A DNA stretch of 14,244 nucleotides from an uncultured Cytophagia bacterium (GCA_964631505.1 CAZVZZ010000036.1:3111-17354); one strand, 5' to 3'; numbered from the stretch's first letter, positions 1 through 7,119 are shown. Notes: generated from the letters alone by a model not told the origin. Translations and numbers: made by a program.

Positions 1-2238
1 CAAAGCCGAATCGGGCAGCGCAGGAACTGCAACGATTTCCACCACCGCGTTATAATCCGGAATTCCGCACGCCGGATCAACGACGCCGCGGCGAATGAGA
101 TGATTGCCCTCCGGCCAATGCACTTGCAAGTTGCCGGGGCGAATCGGTACAATCTTGACACGGCCCTGAAACTCGCCGAGTGTGTTTTTGAGCGTGATCG
201 GTGCGCCGTTCTGTAAATTCAACTCCGCCGCATCTTCCGGGCTGATAAAAATTTCATCACGGCGGCTGCCGGTCAGCGGATCGTAGCCGGATTGCACCAT
301 CGAGTTGAATTGCTTGCCGCGCCGGGTCGTCACATAAAATTGGCCGTGCGCCAGTTTCCGCTCCGGCGGCGTCAACGCCGCGAAATGCGCTTTCTTGTCG
401 GTTGTCGGGAAATGCGGTCCGTCGCAGAGCCGTATGCCGCCCCATTGCACGGCATCGCCCTGTTTCTTGAGATATTGAATGCCGACATAAAACGGCACCG
501 CCTTCGCAATTTCGTCACGAATCTGTTTCGCATTTTCAAAATGAATTTGCGCGCTGCGCTCCGGATAAACCCGCTGCGCCAGTTCCATAAAAATTTCCCA
601 CTCCGCTTTCGCCTCGCCGATGCGCCGGCCCGGAATTTCCGGCGAAAAATAAATCATGCGCTCCGTCGAAGTTTCCGTGCCGCCGCCGGCTTGCTCGTAT
701 CGCGTGCGTGCCGGCAACAGCACCACGGTGTCGTCCGGATCAACGAACATTTGCGGCGAGAGCACGATGTCTTGATGCACCCGCAGCGGCACGCGTTGCA
801 ATGCTTCACGCACGAAATCCGGCTCCGGCAATGTTTCGAGAAAATTGCCGCCAGCGGAATAGAGCAGATCGAGCTTGCCTTCGAGCGCGGCGCTGACCAT
901 TTCCACCGCATTCAATCCTTTTGTAGCCGGTACGGGAAAGCCCCACAACTTGCCAAAATGTTGCGCACTTTCTTCCGTGACCGCCATGCCGCCGGGAAAT
1001 TGGTTCGGCACGCACCCGACTTCGGCGCCGCCTTGCACGCCACTGTGGCCGCGAATCGCCATCAAACCGCAACGCGGGCGGCCAATAAAACCGCGCGCGA
1101 GACAAAGGTTGATAATCGCTTTCACATTCTCGACGCCGTTGGCATGTTGCGTGACGCCCATGCTCCAAATAAAAATGCCGCTCTGCGCTTTTGCCAGCAT
1201 CTCCGCGAAGCGCAACATCTCCTGGCGCGAGGTTCCGGCGGATTTTTCCAACAGCTCCCACGGCTGTTGCGCGAGTGCTTGCTTTAATTCTTCAAAACCG
1301 GCGCAGTGCTCGCGAATGAATGTCGCGTCAATCCAATTGCGCTCGATTAAGGCTTTGACGACGCCGTTTAAAAAGGCCAAATCCCCGCCGATGTGAATTT
1401 GAAAAAACGCATCGGCGAGCTTGGTGCCGAACAACGCGCTTTCAAAAACCGACGGCACCCAGTAACGCTCCAACCCCGGCTCGCGGTAGGGATTGATCAC
1501 GGCGATTTTGGTACCGCGCTGTTTGGCGTAATACATGTATTTGGTGGTCACCGGCTGGTTGTTGGGCGTGTCGCTGCCGATGAAAACAAGCAAATCCGTG
1601 CCGAGCCAATCTTGATACGAGCAAGTCGAAGCCGGGACGCCCAGCATTTGTTTGAGGGCAACGGTGCTGGGCGCATGACAAATGCGCGCGGAGTTATCAA
1701 TATTGTTGGTTTGGAGAAAACGCGCAACTTTTTGCGCCACATAATAAACTTCATTGGTGAGGCCGCGTGAGGTGAGATAAAACGCAAGCCGCTGTGGCGT
1801 CGTGCGGCGAATGCGCTCGGCAATGACCCGATACGCGTCGTCCCAGCTTATGCGTTTAAAACTGTATTCGCCTTTCTTTCGCATGGCCGGATAGGGCAAG
1901 CGGCCCAACTCGCGCAGCTCGGCGGCATTTTTTTGGGCCAAAACCGCGGGTTCCTCGAGCAAGCGCATATCGAGCGCGGCAGCCGTATTTAAACGCAGCA
2001 GATGGAGACGCACCAGACACAGATGCACGCCCTTCATGGTGAAGTCGCGAACGCCGGTGGTGCCGAGCGCGCAGCCGTCGCACACCCCGCGTGTGAGAAT
2101 GCGCCAAGCGTATGGCAATTGATCGCGATTTTGCCAGGCGATTTTCAACATTTCCCAGTAGTGGTTGGGCTTGACGTGACCCACCCCATTGGGAATCAGT
2201 GAAACCCACGAGGAAGGCTTCCAAAAATTTAAAGGCAT
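1..2238 (-). CDS. FdhF/YdeP-family molybdopterin oxidoreductase (formate-dehydrogenase-like); C-terminal few codons lie beyond the window start (partial)
   Basis: Manual translation of the minus strand from ATG at 2238-2236 gives 746 uninterrupted codons down to position 1; an in-frame TAA lies 8 codons (24 nt) upstream of the ATG. The protein starts [81 protein letters not shown]... It has an N-terminal Cys cluster typical of the 4Fe-4S site of YdeP-like enzymes and an [13 protein letters not shown]...GHSGVQGG core. Its C-terminus (...[31 protein letters not shown]) resembles the E. coli YdeP C-terminus as I recall it ([30 protein letters not shown]). An RBS-like GGAG sits about 10 nt upstream. 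It is missing from the ORF track because no stop codon falls inside the window. Confidence 0.85.
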   Translation of the reverse strand, partial: MPLNFWKPSSWVSLIPNGVGHVKPNHYWEMLKIAWQNRDQLPYAWRILTRGVCDGCALGTTGVRDFTMKGVHLCLVRLHLLRLNTAAALDMRLLEEPAVLAQKNAAELRELGRLPYPAMRKKGEYSFKRISWDDAYRVIAERIRRTTPQRLAFYLTSRGLTNEVYYVAQKVARFLQTNNIDNSARICHAPSTVALKQMLGVPASTCSYQDWLGTDLLVFIGSDTPNNQPVTTKYMYYAKQRGTKIAVINPYREPGLERYWVPSVFESALFGTKLADAFFQIHIGGDLAFLNGVVKALIERNWIDATFIREHCAGFEELKQALAQQPWELLEKSAGTSRQEMLRFAEMLAKAQSGIFIWSMGVTQHANGVENVKAIINLCLARGFIGRPRCGLMAIRGHSGVQGGAEVGCVPNQFPGGMAVTEESAQHFGKLWGFPVPATKGLNAVEMVSAALEGKLDLLYSAGGNFLETLPEPDFVREALQRVPLRVHQDIVLSPQMFVDPDDTVVLLPARTRYEQAGGGTETSTERMIYFSPEIPGRRIGEAKAEWEIFMELAQRVYPERSAQIHFENAKQIRDEIAKAVPFYVGIQYLKKQGDAVQWGGIRLCDGPHFPTTDKKAHFAALTPPERKLAHGQFYVTTRRGKQFNSMVQSGYDPLTGSRRDEIFISPEDAAELNLQNGAPITLKNTLGEFQGRVKIVPIRPGNLQVHWPEGNHLIRRGVVDPACGIPDYNAVVEIVAVPALPDSAL

Positions 2239-2294
2239 GCTTTGCCGTTCTCCGCTGTTTTATTTTGCTGTCGTCGAGGAAAGCTGGTCATCCC

Positions 2295-2323
2295 AAGATA
2301 CACCAATCTCTTGGCAAAGTCAA
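2295..2323 (-). promoter_or_regulatory. sigma70-like promoter for the YdeP-like gene: -35 TTGACT (2323-2318), 17-nt spacer, -10 TATCTT (2300-2295) on the minus strand
   Basis: Read on the minus strand: cgtTTTGACTttgccaagagattggtgTATCTTggg, about 55 nt upstream of the ATG at 2238. The same hexamer pair and spacing recur at the mscS promoter (3093-3121). Confidence 0.4.
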
Positions 2324-2524
2324 AACGATTCTTGAATTAAATGATCAGAATGAAGTAACGTCGGGTTTACAGAACGGTGAGAACGAGAGCGAGAATAAAA
2401 AATGTTATATTGACGCGTGACTTGCAGATGATACTCGGCGCTCGCGCAGCCATACGGTTTAATTTTTGTTGTCCGCATAACAGCGCGTAACGCCGAGATG
2501 GACTTGGAATTTCAGTAGAAGCGC

Positions 2525-2905
2525 TTACGGCGTCACCTCATTGGCGCTATCGCCGTTTCTCTTTTTGTCTTTGCCCCAAATGCTTTCGACGAGATCGTAC
2601 TGCTCGTTCACAATATCGGTGCGATCCACGATTGCCGCACCGCCAATGGCAATGGCAATGGCGATGGCCTCGCCGACTTCTTCCTGGCTCGCACCGGCGC
2701 GCACGGCTTTCAGCACGTGCCCGCGAAAACACCCCTTGCAATCGACTGCCACCGAGGCGGCAATCGCAATCAATTCTTTGGTCTTGAGATCGATCGCGCT
2801 GCGTTCGGGATGATAAAGCTCGTCGTAAAAATCAAGGTAGCGTTTCTTGATGCGATCGGGGATCATTTCGTATGATTTCATGCGCTGCTTTGGTTGTTCG
2901 GACAT
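2525..2905 (-). CDS. Carboxymuconolactone decarboxylase family / AhpD-like alkylhydroperoxidase-related protein (126 aa)
   Basis: ORF MSEQPKQRMKSYEMIPDRIKKRYLDFYDELYHPERSAIDLKTKELIAIAASVAVDCKGCFRGHVLKAVRAGASQEEVGEAIAIAIAIGG... It contains the CxxCxxxH catalytic signature (CKGCFRGH) of the AhpD/CMD fold. AGGAG lies 6-7 nt upstream of the ATG at 2905. Confidence 0.8.
   Translation of the reverse strand: MSEQPKQRMKSYEMIPDRIKKRYLDFYDELYHPERSAIDLKTKELIAIAASVAVDCKGCFRGHVLKAVRAGASQEEVGEAIAIAIAIGGAAIVDRTDIVNEQYDLVESIWGKDKKRNGDSANEVTP
2644..2667. repeat. In-frame hexanucleotide tandem repeat (CAATGG)3-CGATGG inside the AhpD-like CDS, encoding (Ala-Ile)4
   Basis: caatggcaatggcaatggcgatgg on the plus strand. 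Minus-strand codons GCC ATC GCC ATT GCC ATT GCC ATT give AIAIAIAI within ...EAIAIAIAIGGAAIV... Confidence 0.6.
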
Positions 2906-3092
2906 GGTTGCTCCTGCGTCGTGCTATTTTTCATAAGAAAGTTCAATGGCGCCGATTAAAATTTGACACGGCTTTATATAAATAGAAGATGGCCGCGTTA
3001 AAACGTTGCACATTTTTTGGCCCGTCAACGCGCCCTCTTTTAATTTAAGGAAAAAGCCGCTCAATTTCAAGGCATGTTTCAGCAATTGCGGG

Positions 3093-3121
3093 TTGACTTT
3101 CTGCGCGAACCGCTGTATCTT
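3093..3121 (+). promoter_or_regulatory. sigma70-like promoter for mscS: -35 TTGACT (3093-3098), 17-nt spacer, -10 TATCTT (3116-3121)
   Basis: gggTTGACTttctgcgcgaaccgctgTATCTTtctaatag, about 55 nt upstream of the ATG at 3178. The AGGAG RBS is at 3163-3167. Confidence 0.4.
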
Positions 3122-3177
3122 TCTAATAGAAATTTTAATCGAATGGACATTTCAATCTGTGCAGGAGAAAACGCTAC

Positions 3178-4239
3178 ATGGCGGCTGTTCAAAAGTTTTT
3201 GCAATATGATTGGACACGTTTGGTTGTTCCGGCGCTGGTGCTGGTAATTATCGTGATTGCCGGCTATATTGCCAAACAGTTGTTGTTTCGCGCGCTGCGG
3301 CGCTGGGCGGTCAACACCAAAACGCACGCCGACGACATTGTGATTCACGCCTTCAGCGGGCCGTTTATGATCTGGGTGCTGATCTTGGGAATTTTCATGG
3401 CAACGCAGTTGTCCGAGTTACAAGACAGCGCGGCAACGAAAATCAGCAAAACGCTGCTCATTCTCTGGATCAGCTCGCTGACCATTGTCGTGTCGCGGCT
3501 GGCGGCAAATTTGATCAAGCATTACGGCAACCGTGTGCAAGGGGCGTTGCCGGTGACCAGTCTCACGCAAAACCTGGCGCGCATTGTTATTTTCACCATC
3601 GGTTTTTTAATCGTGTTGAATCAGTTTGGGCTATCGATTACGCCCATTCTCACGGCGCTCGGCGTCGGCGGCCTCGCGGTGGCGCTCGCGTTGCAAGACA
3701 CCTTGTCCAATCTCTTCGCAGGTTTTTACGTGAGCCTTGCCGGCCACATTCGCCCTGGCGATTATATCAAACTGGACAGCGGCGAAGAAGGTTATATCGC
3801 GGATATTACTTGGCGCAGCACGACAGTGAAAACGCCGGTGAACAATTTGGTCGTGGTGCCCAATGCTAAACTGGCGCAGGCGATCGTTACCAATTATCAC
3901 TTGCCGGAAAAAAATATGATCACCCGTCTGCCGATCAGCGTGGGATACGACAGCGCGCCGGAACGGGTCGAACAAATTTTGCTCGACGAAGCGCAGGCCG
4001 TGGCTCGTGACCGGCCGGATTTGGTGACCGCGCGGCCGCCGGTGGTGCGCCTGCTGCCCGGTTTTGGCGATTCGGCGCTGGATTTTACGCTGTATTACGA
4101 AGTGCCGGATTTTGAGCAACAAGCTCCGGCCCAAGATGAATTACGCCGGCGTATCTTGCGGCGTTTTCGCGAAGCCGGCATTGAAATTCCCTTTCCACAG
4201 CGGGTTTTGCACATGCGCTCGACGCTGCCGTCAGCTTGA
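3178..4239 (+). CDS. mscS: Small-conductance mechanosensitive channel, MscS family (353 aa)
   Basis: Three N-terminal TM helices followed by the canonical MscS pore and beta-domain region ...ITPILTALGVGGLAVALALQDTLSNLFAGFYVSLAGHIRPGDYIKLDSGEEGYIADITWRSTTVKTPVNNLVVVPNAKLAQAIVTNY... It is the only long plus-strand ORF and has an RBS at the start. Confidence 0.9.
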   Translation: MAAVQKFLQYDWTRLVVPALVLVIIVIAGYIAKQLLFRALRRWAVNTKTHADDIVIHAFSGPFMIWVLILGIFMATQLSELQDSAATKISKTLLILWISSLTIVVSRLAANLIKHYGNRVQGALPVTSLTQNLARIVIFTIGFLIVLNQFGLSITPILTALGVGGLAVALALQDTLSNLFAGFYVSLAGHIRPGDYIKLDSGEEGYIADITWRSTTVKTPVNNLVVVPNAKLAQAIVTNYHLPEKNMITRLPISVGYDSAPERVEQILLDEAQAVARDRPDLVTARPPVVRLLPGFGDSALDFTLYYEVPDFEQQAPAQDELRRRILRRFREAGIEIPFPQRVLHMRSTLPSA

Positions 4240-4258
4240 CTTTGCCGGGAGCAATTCC

Positions 4259-4774
4259 CTACAAATTTACTTTTTCAAAAACGACCTTGCTTTTATTAGC
4301 GTCCGCAAAGCGGGCGTAATAAAGCTCGATATCCAATTTTAACGACGTCAGCCCGAGAACCAATTGGGCGGCTTTTTTCAAATCGGCTTGCTGTCGCTCG
4401 GCCAAATTGTGAAAACGCTGCAGAAAAAGCTTGCCGACATAACTCTGCAGCCATTCGTAATGCCGGCAATCTTCGTGATTGATGAGGATCAGGCGATGAA
4501 TGGACTCGAAGCGGTCGAGAAACATCCGCAAGCGTTCTTTCATGAACCGAAACTCTTTCGGCAATTTCAACGGCTCCGCGAGCGAACCCACGCCGCCGGA
4601 AATGACGAGCGGAATATAGCTGCCGGAGCGCAACGCCAGCTCATTTTGAATGAACTCTGCAAAGGCCCGCTGAAAACGCGGGTCACTGCAGTGAATCACA
4701 ATTGCTTCCGGGGCGGCTTCGATCAGATCGTAAGTCATAAGGTTTTTCCGCACTGCGCATGGAGCACAACGCAT
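4259..4774 (-). CDS. Small beta-class (cab-type-like) carbonic anhydrase-fold protein, divergent; start at 4774 (longest ORF) or more likely 4738 (MTYDL..., preceded by GGAAAAA)
   Basis: MTYDLIEAAPEAIVIHCSDPRFQRAF...PLVISGGVG...RLILINHEDCRHY... The CxDxR dyad motif (CSDPR), a Gly-rich strand, and a hydrophobic strand followed by HxxC (HEDC) reproduce the zinc-ligand pattern Cys/His/Cys plus Asp-Arg of beta-carbonic anhydrases (CSDSR ... AGN ... HTDCG). Size (about 160 aa) is like minimal cab-type enzymes. The assignment comes from motif logic, not a database hit. Confidence 0.6.
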   Translation of the reverse strand: MRCAPCAVRKNLMTYDLIEAAPEAIVIHCSDPRFQRAFAEFIQNELALRSGSYIPLVISGGVGSLAEPLKLPKEFRFMKERLRMFLDRFESIHRLILINHEDCRHYEWLQSYVGKLFLQRFHNLAERQQADLKKAAQLVLGLTSLKLDIELYYARFADANKSKVVFEKVNL

Positions 4775-4806
4775 AACGTGTCACGCCATGCGCCGTGCCC
4801 TCGGCG

Positions 4807-6423
4807 TTATGCCCGTGGCGCCTTGCCCTCCGCACCCAGTTTCTGCAGCGCTTCTTCAACGTTGACACCTAAAAATTTCAACAATGCCGTGAGATCAATT
4901 CCCTGCGCTTTCGCGGCGGCCAGCGTTTTGAAGACCACGCTCGGAACCAACGTGCCGAGCTGCTCAACGGCGCGACCGTTGCCGCCGACGTCGACGATTT
5001 CCAATTTATCAATACTGCCCAATGGCGCGGCCACGCTGGAGAAAGCTGATTCCGCGACTTTGGAAAGCGCCTCGCCGCTTTTATCAATCAGCAGCGGCAG
5101 GCGGTCGAGCACGAGAATCAATTTTGCATCGGTGCTCATTTTCGCCAACGCATCCGCAAGCTGGCGTGTGCCTTCGGCCTCGGCGAGCAGCGCTTGTTTC
5201 TTTTTTGCGGCCTCGCCTTCGGCCAATGCCATCAACGTGGCGCGCGTTTTGGCGGCCTCGCCTTCGCCGATCATGGTGTCGGCATTTTTGCGGCCCTCGG
5301 CTTCGCGCATCAAACGCTGCATCTCCGCCTCGGCTTCGAGAATTTTTTGCGCTTTCATGGCTTCAGCGGCGAGAATGGTTTGCTGTCTCGCGCCATCGGC
5401 GTCGATCACGCGCCGTTGCCGTTCCGCCTCCGCCTGCCGCACCACCGTCGCTTCCAGCTCGCGCTGTTTGCGCTGCGCCTCGCGTTCCTGCACGACGATT
5501 TGCGCCTCTTTTTCCGCGGCATCCCGCTCCGCTTGCTTCACACGCAGCACTTTCTCCTGATCGGCAAGCGCAATCTCCATCGCTTTGTCGGCTTCGGCTT
5601 TCTTCGTCTCGCTGCGCGCTTTAAATTCGGATTTCTTGACGTCGCGTTCCATTTCGGCCTGGGCGATCGACGCCTCATTGCCGGCCCGCGCCGTTGCCGC
5701 TTCGCGCTGCGCCGTGCTCACTTGAATCGCGGTCTCGCGCTCGGCTTCCGCCACTTTGATGTTGGCGTCGCGCACCGCCTCGGCCACGGCGCGTTTGCCG
5801 AGCGCGTCGATGTAGCCGTATTCATCGCCGACTTCCTGAATCACCAGCGTGATGATTTGCACGCCGAGTCGCTTCAGCTCTTCCGAAGATTCCGTCACCA
5901 CTTGCTTGTTGAACGCATCGCGCTCGCGCAACAGGCTGTCGATATCCAGCTTGCCGATGATCGAGCGCAGATGACCCTTGAGAATATTTTGTACGAAGGC
6001 TTTGATCTCTTCATCTTTTTTGCCGAGAAAAGCCTGCGCCGCGTTGATCAAATCTTCCGGAATCGTCGAAAGCTTGCACGTCGCCACGCCTTTAACGTTG
6101 ATTTTGACGTTGTCTTTGTTGGGAATGCCTTTCTCATCGATTTCGGTTTGAAAGGCGGAGGTCGACATTTCCTGGTAGGATTCGACAAAAGGGAATAAGA
6201 TCCGGCCGCCGCCACCGATCACTTTGAAGCCGTGCGTTTGCACATGTCCGGTGACGGGATCTTTGTAGGCATATTTTCTTCCGTAAAAAATGCCCACAGC
6301 GTTCGGCGGAATTTTTTTGTAGCGGCTCGCAATAAAGCGCAGCGTCAGAATAAACGCCAGCGCCACCAACAAAATCATGAACGGTATGGTCAAGCCGCCA
6401 AGCCAACTCGAAAAAGTTTCCAC
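4807..6423 (-). CDS. Flotillin / SPFH (band 7) family protein, YqiK/FloT-like (538 aa from GTG at 6423; ORF track extends to TTG at 6480)
   Basis: It has an N-terminal TM helix (LGGLTIPFMILLVALAFILTLRFIASRY), then an SPFH domain (KKIPPNAVGIFYGRKY...). A long Ala/Glu-rich coiled-coil (AEAERETAIQVSTAQREAATARAG...EAEAEMQRLMREAEG...) and a C-terminal flotillin tail follow. A perfect SD, AAGGAGG (6427-6433), lies 3 nt upstream of the GTG at 6423-6421. The gene sits 37 nt downstream of the NfeD-like gene. Confidence 0.9.
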   Translation of the reverse strand: METFSSWLGGLTIPFMILLVALAFILTLRFIASRYKKIPPNAVGIFYGRKYAYKDPVTGHVQTHGFKVIGGGGRILFPFVESYQEMSTSAFQTEIDEKGIPNKDNVKINVKGVATCKLSTIPEDLINAAQAFLGKKDEEIKAFVQNILKGHLRSIIGKLDIDSLLRERDAFNKQVVTESSEELKRLGVQIITLVIQEVGDEYGYIDALGKRAVAEAVRDANIKVAEAERETAIQVSTAQREAATARAGNEASIAQAEMERDVKKSEFKARSETKKAEADKAMEIALADQEKVLRVKQAERDAAEKEAQIVVQEREAQRKQRELEATVVRQAEAERQRRVIDADGARQQTILAAEAMKAQKILEAEAEMQRLMREAEGRKNADTMIGEGEAAKTRATLMALAEGEAAKKKQALLAEAEGTRQLADALAKMSTDAKLILVLDRLPLLIDKSGEALSKVAESAFSSVAAPLGSIDKLEIVDVGGNGRAVEQLGTLVPSVVFKTLAAAKAQGIDLTALLKFLGVNVEEALQKLGAEGKAPRA

Positions 6424-6460
6424 AATAGCCTCCTTCCGTAAAAATTTATCCCGCCCAAAC

Positions 6461-6997
6461 TCAACCTTCTTCCACGACAAGCTGGCTTCCGACCACGGCG
6501 ACGATTTTAACGGTGCTGCCTTTGTTAATGGCCGTGCCGCGAGTGGATTTTGCCAGATACGTTTTGTATTGCCCTTCGACGGTCAAGCTCACTTCTCCGA
6601 CGCTGCCGGCGTCGATGGCCGTCGTGACCAGGCCGATCTTGCCCAGCGTCGTTTCAGTGGCCACTAACGACGAGGCCTGTTGTTTGTAAATCAGGTTCAT
6701 CATTTGATACATCACTGCGGCGAGTATGCCGCCGGTTCCCAAACCCCACAACGAAGCCACGAGATTGTTCGCGCCGTAGTAGCGCGCAATCGCCCCGGCC
6801 GCGCCAAAGCCCATCGTCAACGTGCCGATGACGCGCGGCGAAAAAAAACTGATCGTCGGGTCTGCCTCGGCGCCGTCGTGGGAGAAATCGTGATGGGCAT
6901 CGTGATCGCCGCCATGATCGCCATCGTGGCCACCGAATAAAAATGAGCCGGCGACCAGAAGAAATGAAGCCAGCGCGATTGCGATGAAAATAAGCAT
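6461..6997 (-). CDS. YqiJ/NfeD-like inner-membrane protein (flotillin-associated, C-terminal OB-fold), with His-rich N-proximal loop (178 aa)
   Basis: MLIFIAIALASFLLVAGSFLFGGHDGDHGGDHDAHHDFSHDGAEAD... followed by TM segments and a C-terminal beta-rich domain (SVGEVSLTVEGQYKTYLAKSTRGTAINKGSTVKIVAVVGSQLVVEEG) typical of NfeD C-termini. The GAGGAG RBS lies 5 nt before the ATG at 6997. It sits immediately upstream of flotillin, as in the E. coli yqiJ-yqiK pair. Confidence 0.75.
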   Translation of the reverse strand: MLIFIAIALASFLLVAGSFLFGGHDGDHGGDHDAHHDFSHDGAEADPTISFFSPRVIGTLTMGFGAAGAIARYYGANNLVASLWGLGTGGILAAVMYQMMNLIYKQQASSLVATETTLGKIGLVTTAIDAGSVGEVSLTVEGQYKTYLAKSTRGTAINKGSTVKIVAVVGSQLVVEEG

Positions 6998-7020
6998 AAC
7001 CTCACTCCTCGATTAAATTG

Positions 7021-7041
7021 ATTCATCACTTAACGATGAAT
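7021..7041. promoter_or_regulatory. Perfect 7-bp inverted repeat ATTCATC-N7-GATGAAT (candidate operator or weak hairpin) 24-44 nt upstream of the nfeD-like start
   Basis: attcatcacttaacgatgaat at 7021-7041. It lies between the phosphatase stop (7120) and the nfeD-like RBS (7003-7008). The stem is AT-rich and the 3' side has no U-run, so it is more operator-like than terminator-like. Confidence 0.3.
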
Positions 7042-7119
7042 AACAAATTTTTCTACTAAACAGCAGTAATGCAAACGCGAAAATGAAACACCGAGCCATG
7101 ACTCTACTCTTCCGCGAGG

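Noticed and set aside
292-1770. Plus-strand ORFs 292-1287 (331 aa), 875-1396 (173 aa), 1393-1770 (125 aa) and short minus-strand ORFs in other frames
   Set aside because: They are Arg-rich and low-complexity, with no recognisable domains. They lie antisense to, or out of frame with, the continuous 746-codon YdeP-family reading frame on the minus strand. This is a classic GC-rich antisense artefact.
2199-2420. 73-aa plus-strand ORF (GTG start) spanning the ydeP-like start and promoter
   Set aside because: It overlaps the better-supported promoter and 5' end of the YdeP-like gene. It has no RBS, and its C-terminal half (ELNDQNEVTSGLQNGENESENKK) is not protein-like.
3210-4134. ORFs 3210-3869 (+, 219 aa) and 3631-4134 (-, 167 aa) overlapping mscS
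   Set aside because: They are alternative-frame or antisense ORFs with Arg/His-rich composition. The MscS frame is unambiguous.
4364-6198. Plus-strand ORFs 4364-5560 (398 aa, Ser/Ala-rich), 5022-5624, 5194-6198 (334 aa)
   Set aside because: They are antisense to the Ala/Glu-rich coiled-coil of flotillin (GCC/GAG codons read backwards give Ser/Ala/Leu/Arg runs) and are not protein-like.
6424-6480. 19-codon N-terminal extension of flotillin from TTG at 6480
   Set aside because: It would overlap the upstream gene's stop and lacks an SD. The GTG at 6423 has a perfect AAGGAGG and begins at the TM helix.
6841-6848. A8 homopolymer inside the nfeD-like CDS (T8 on the coding strand, encoding FFS)
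   Set aside because: It is short and in frame with the annotated protein. There is no evidence of a frameshift, so I note it only as a potential slippage site.
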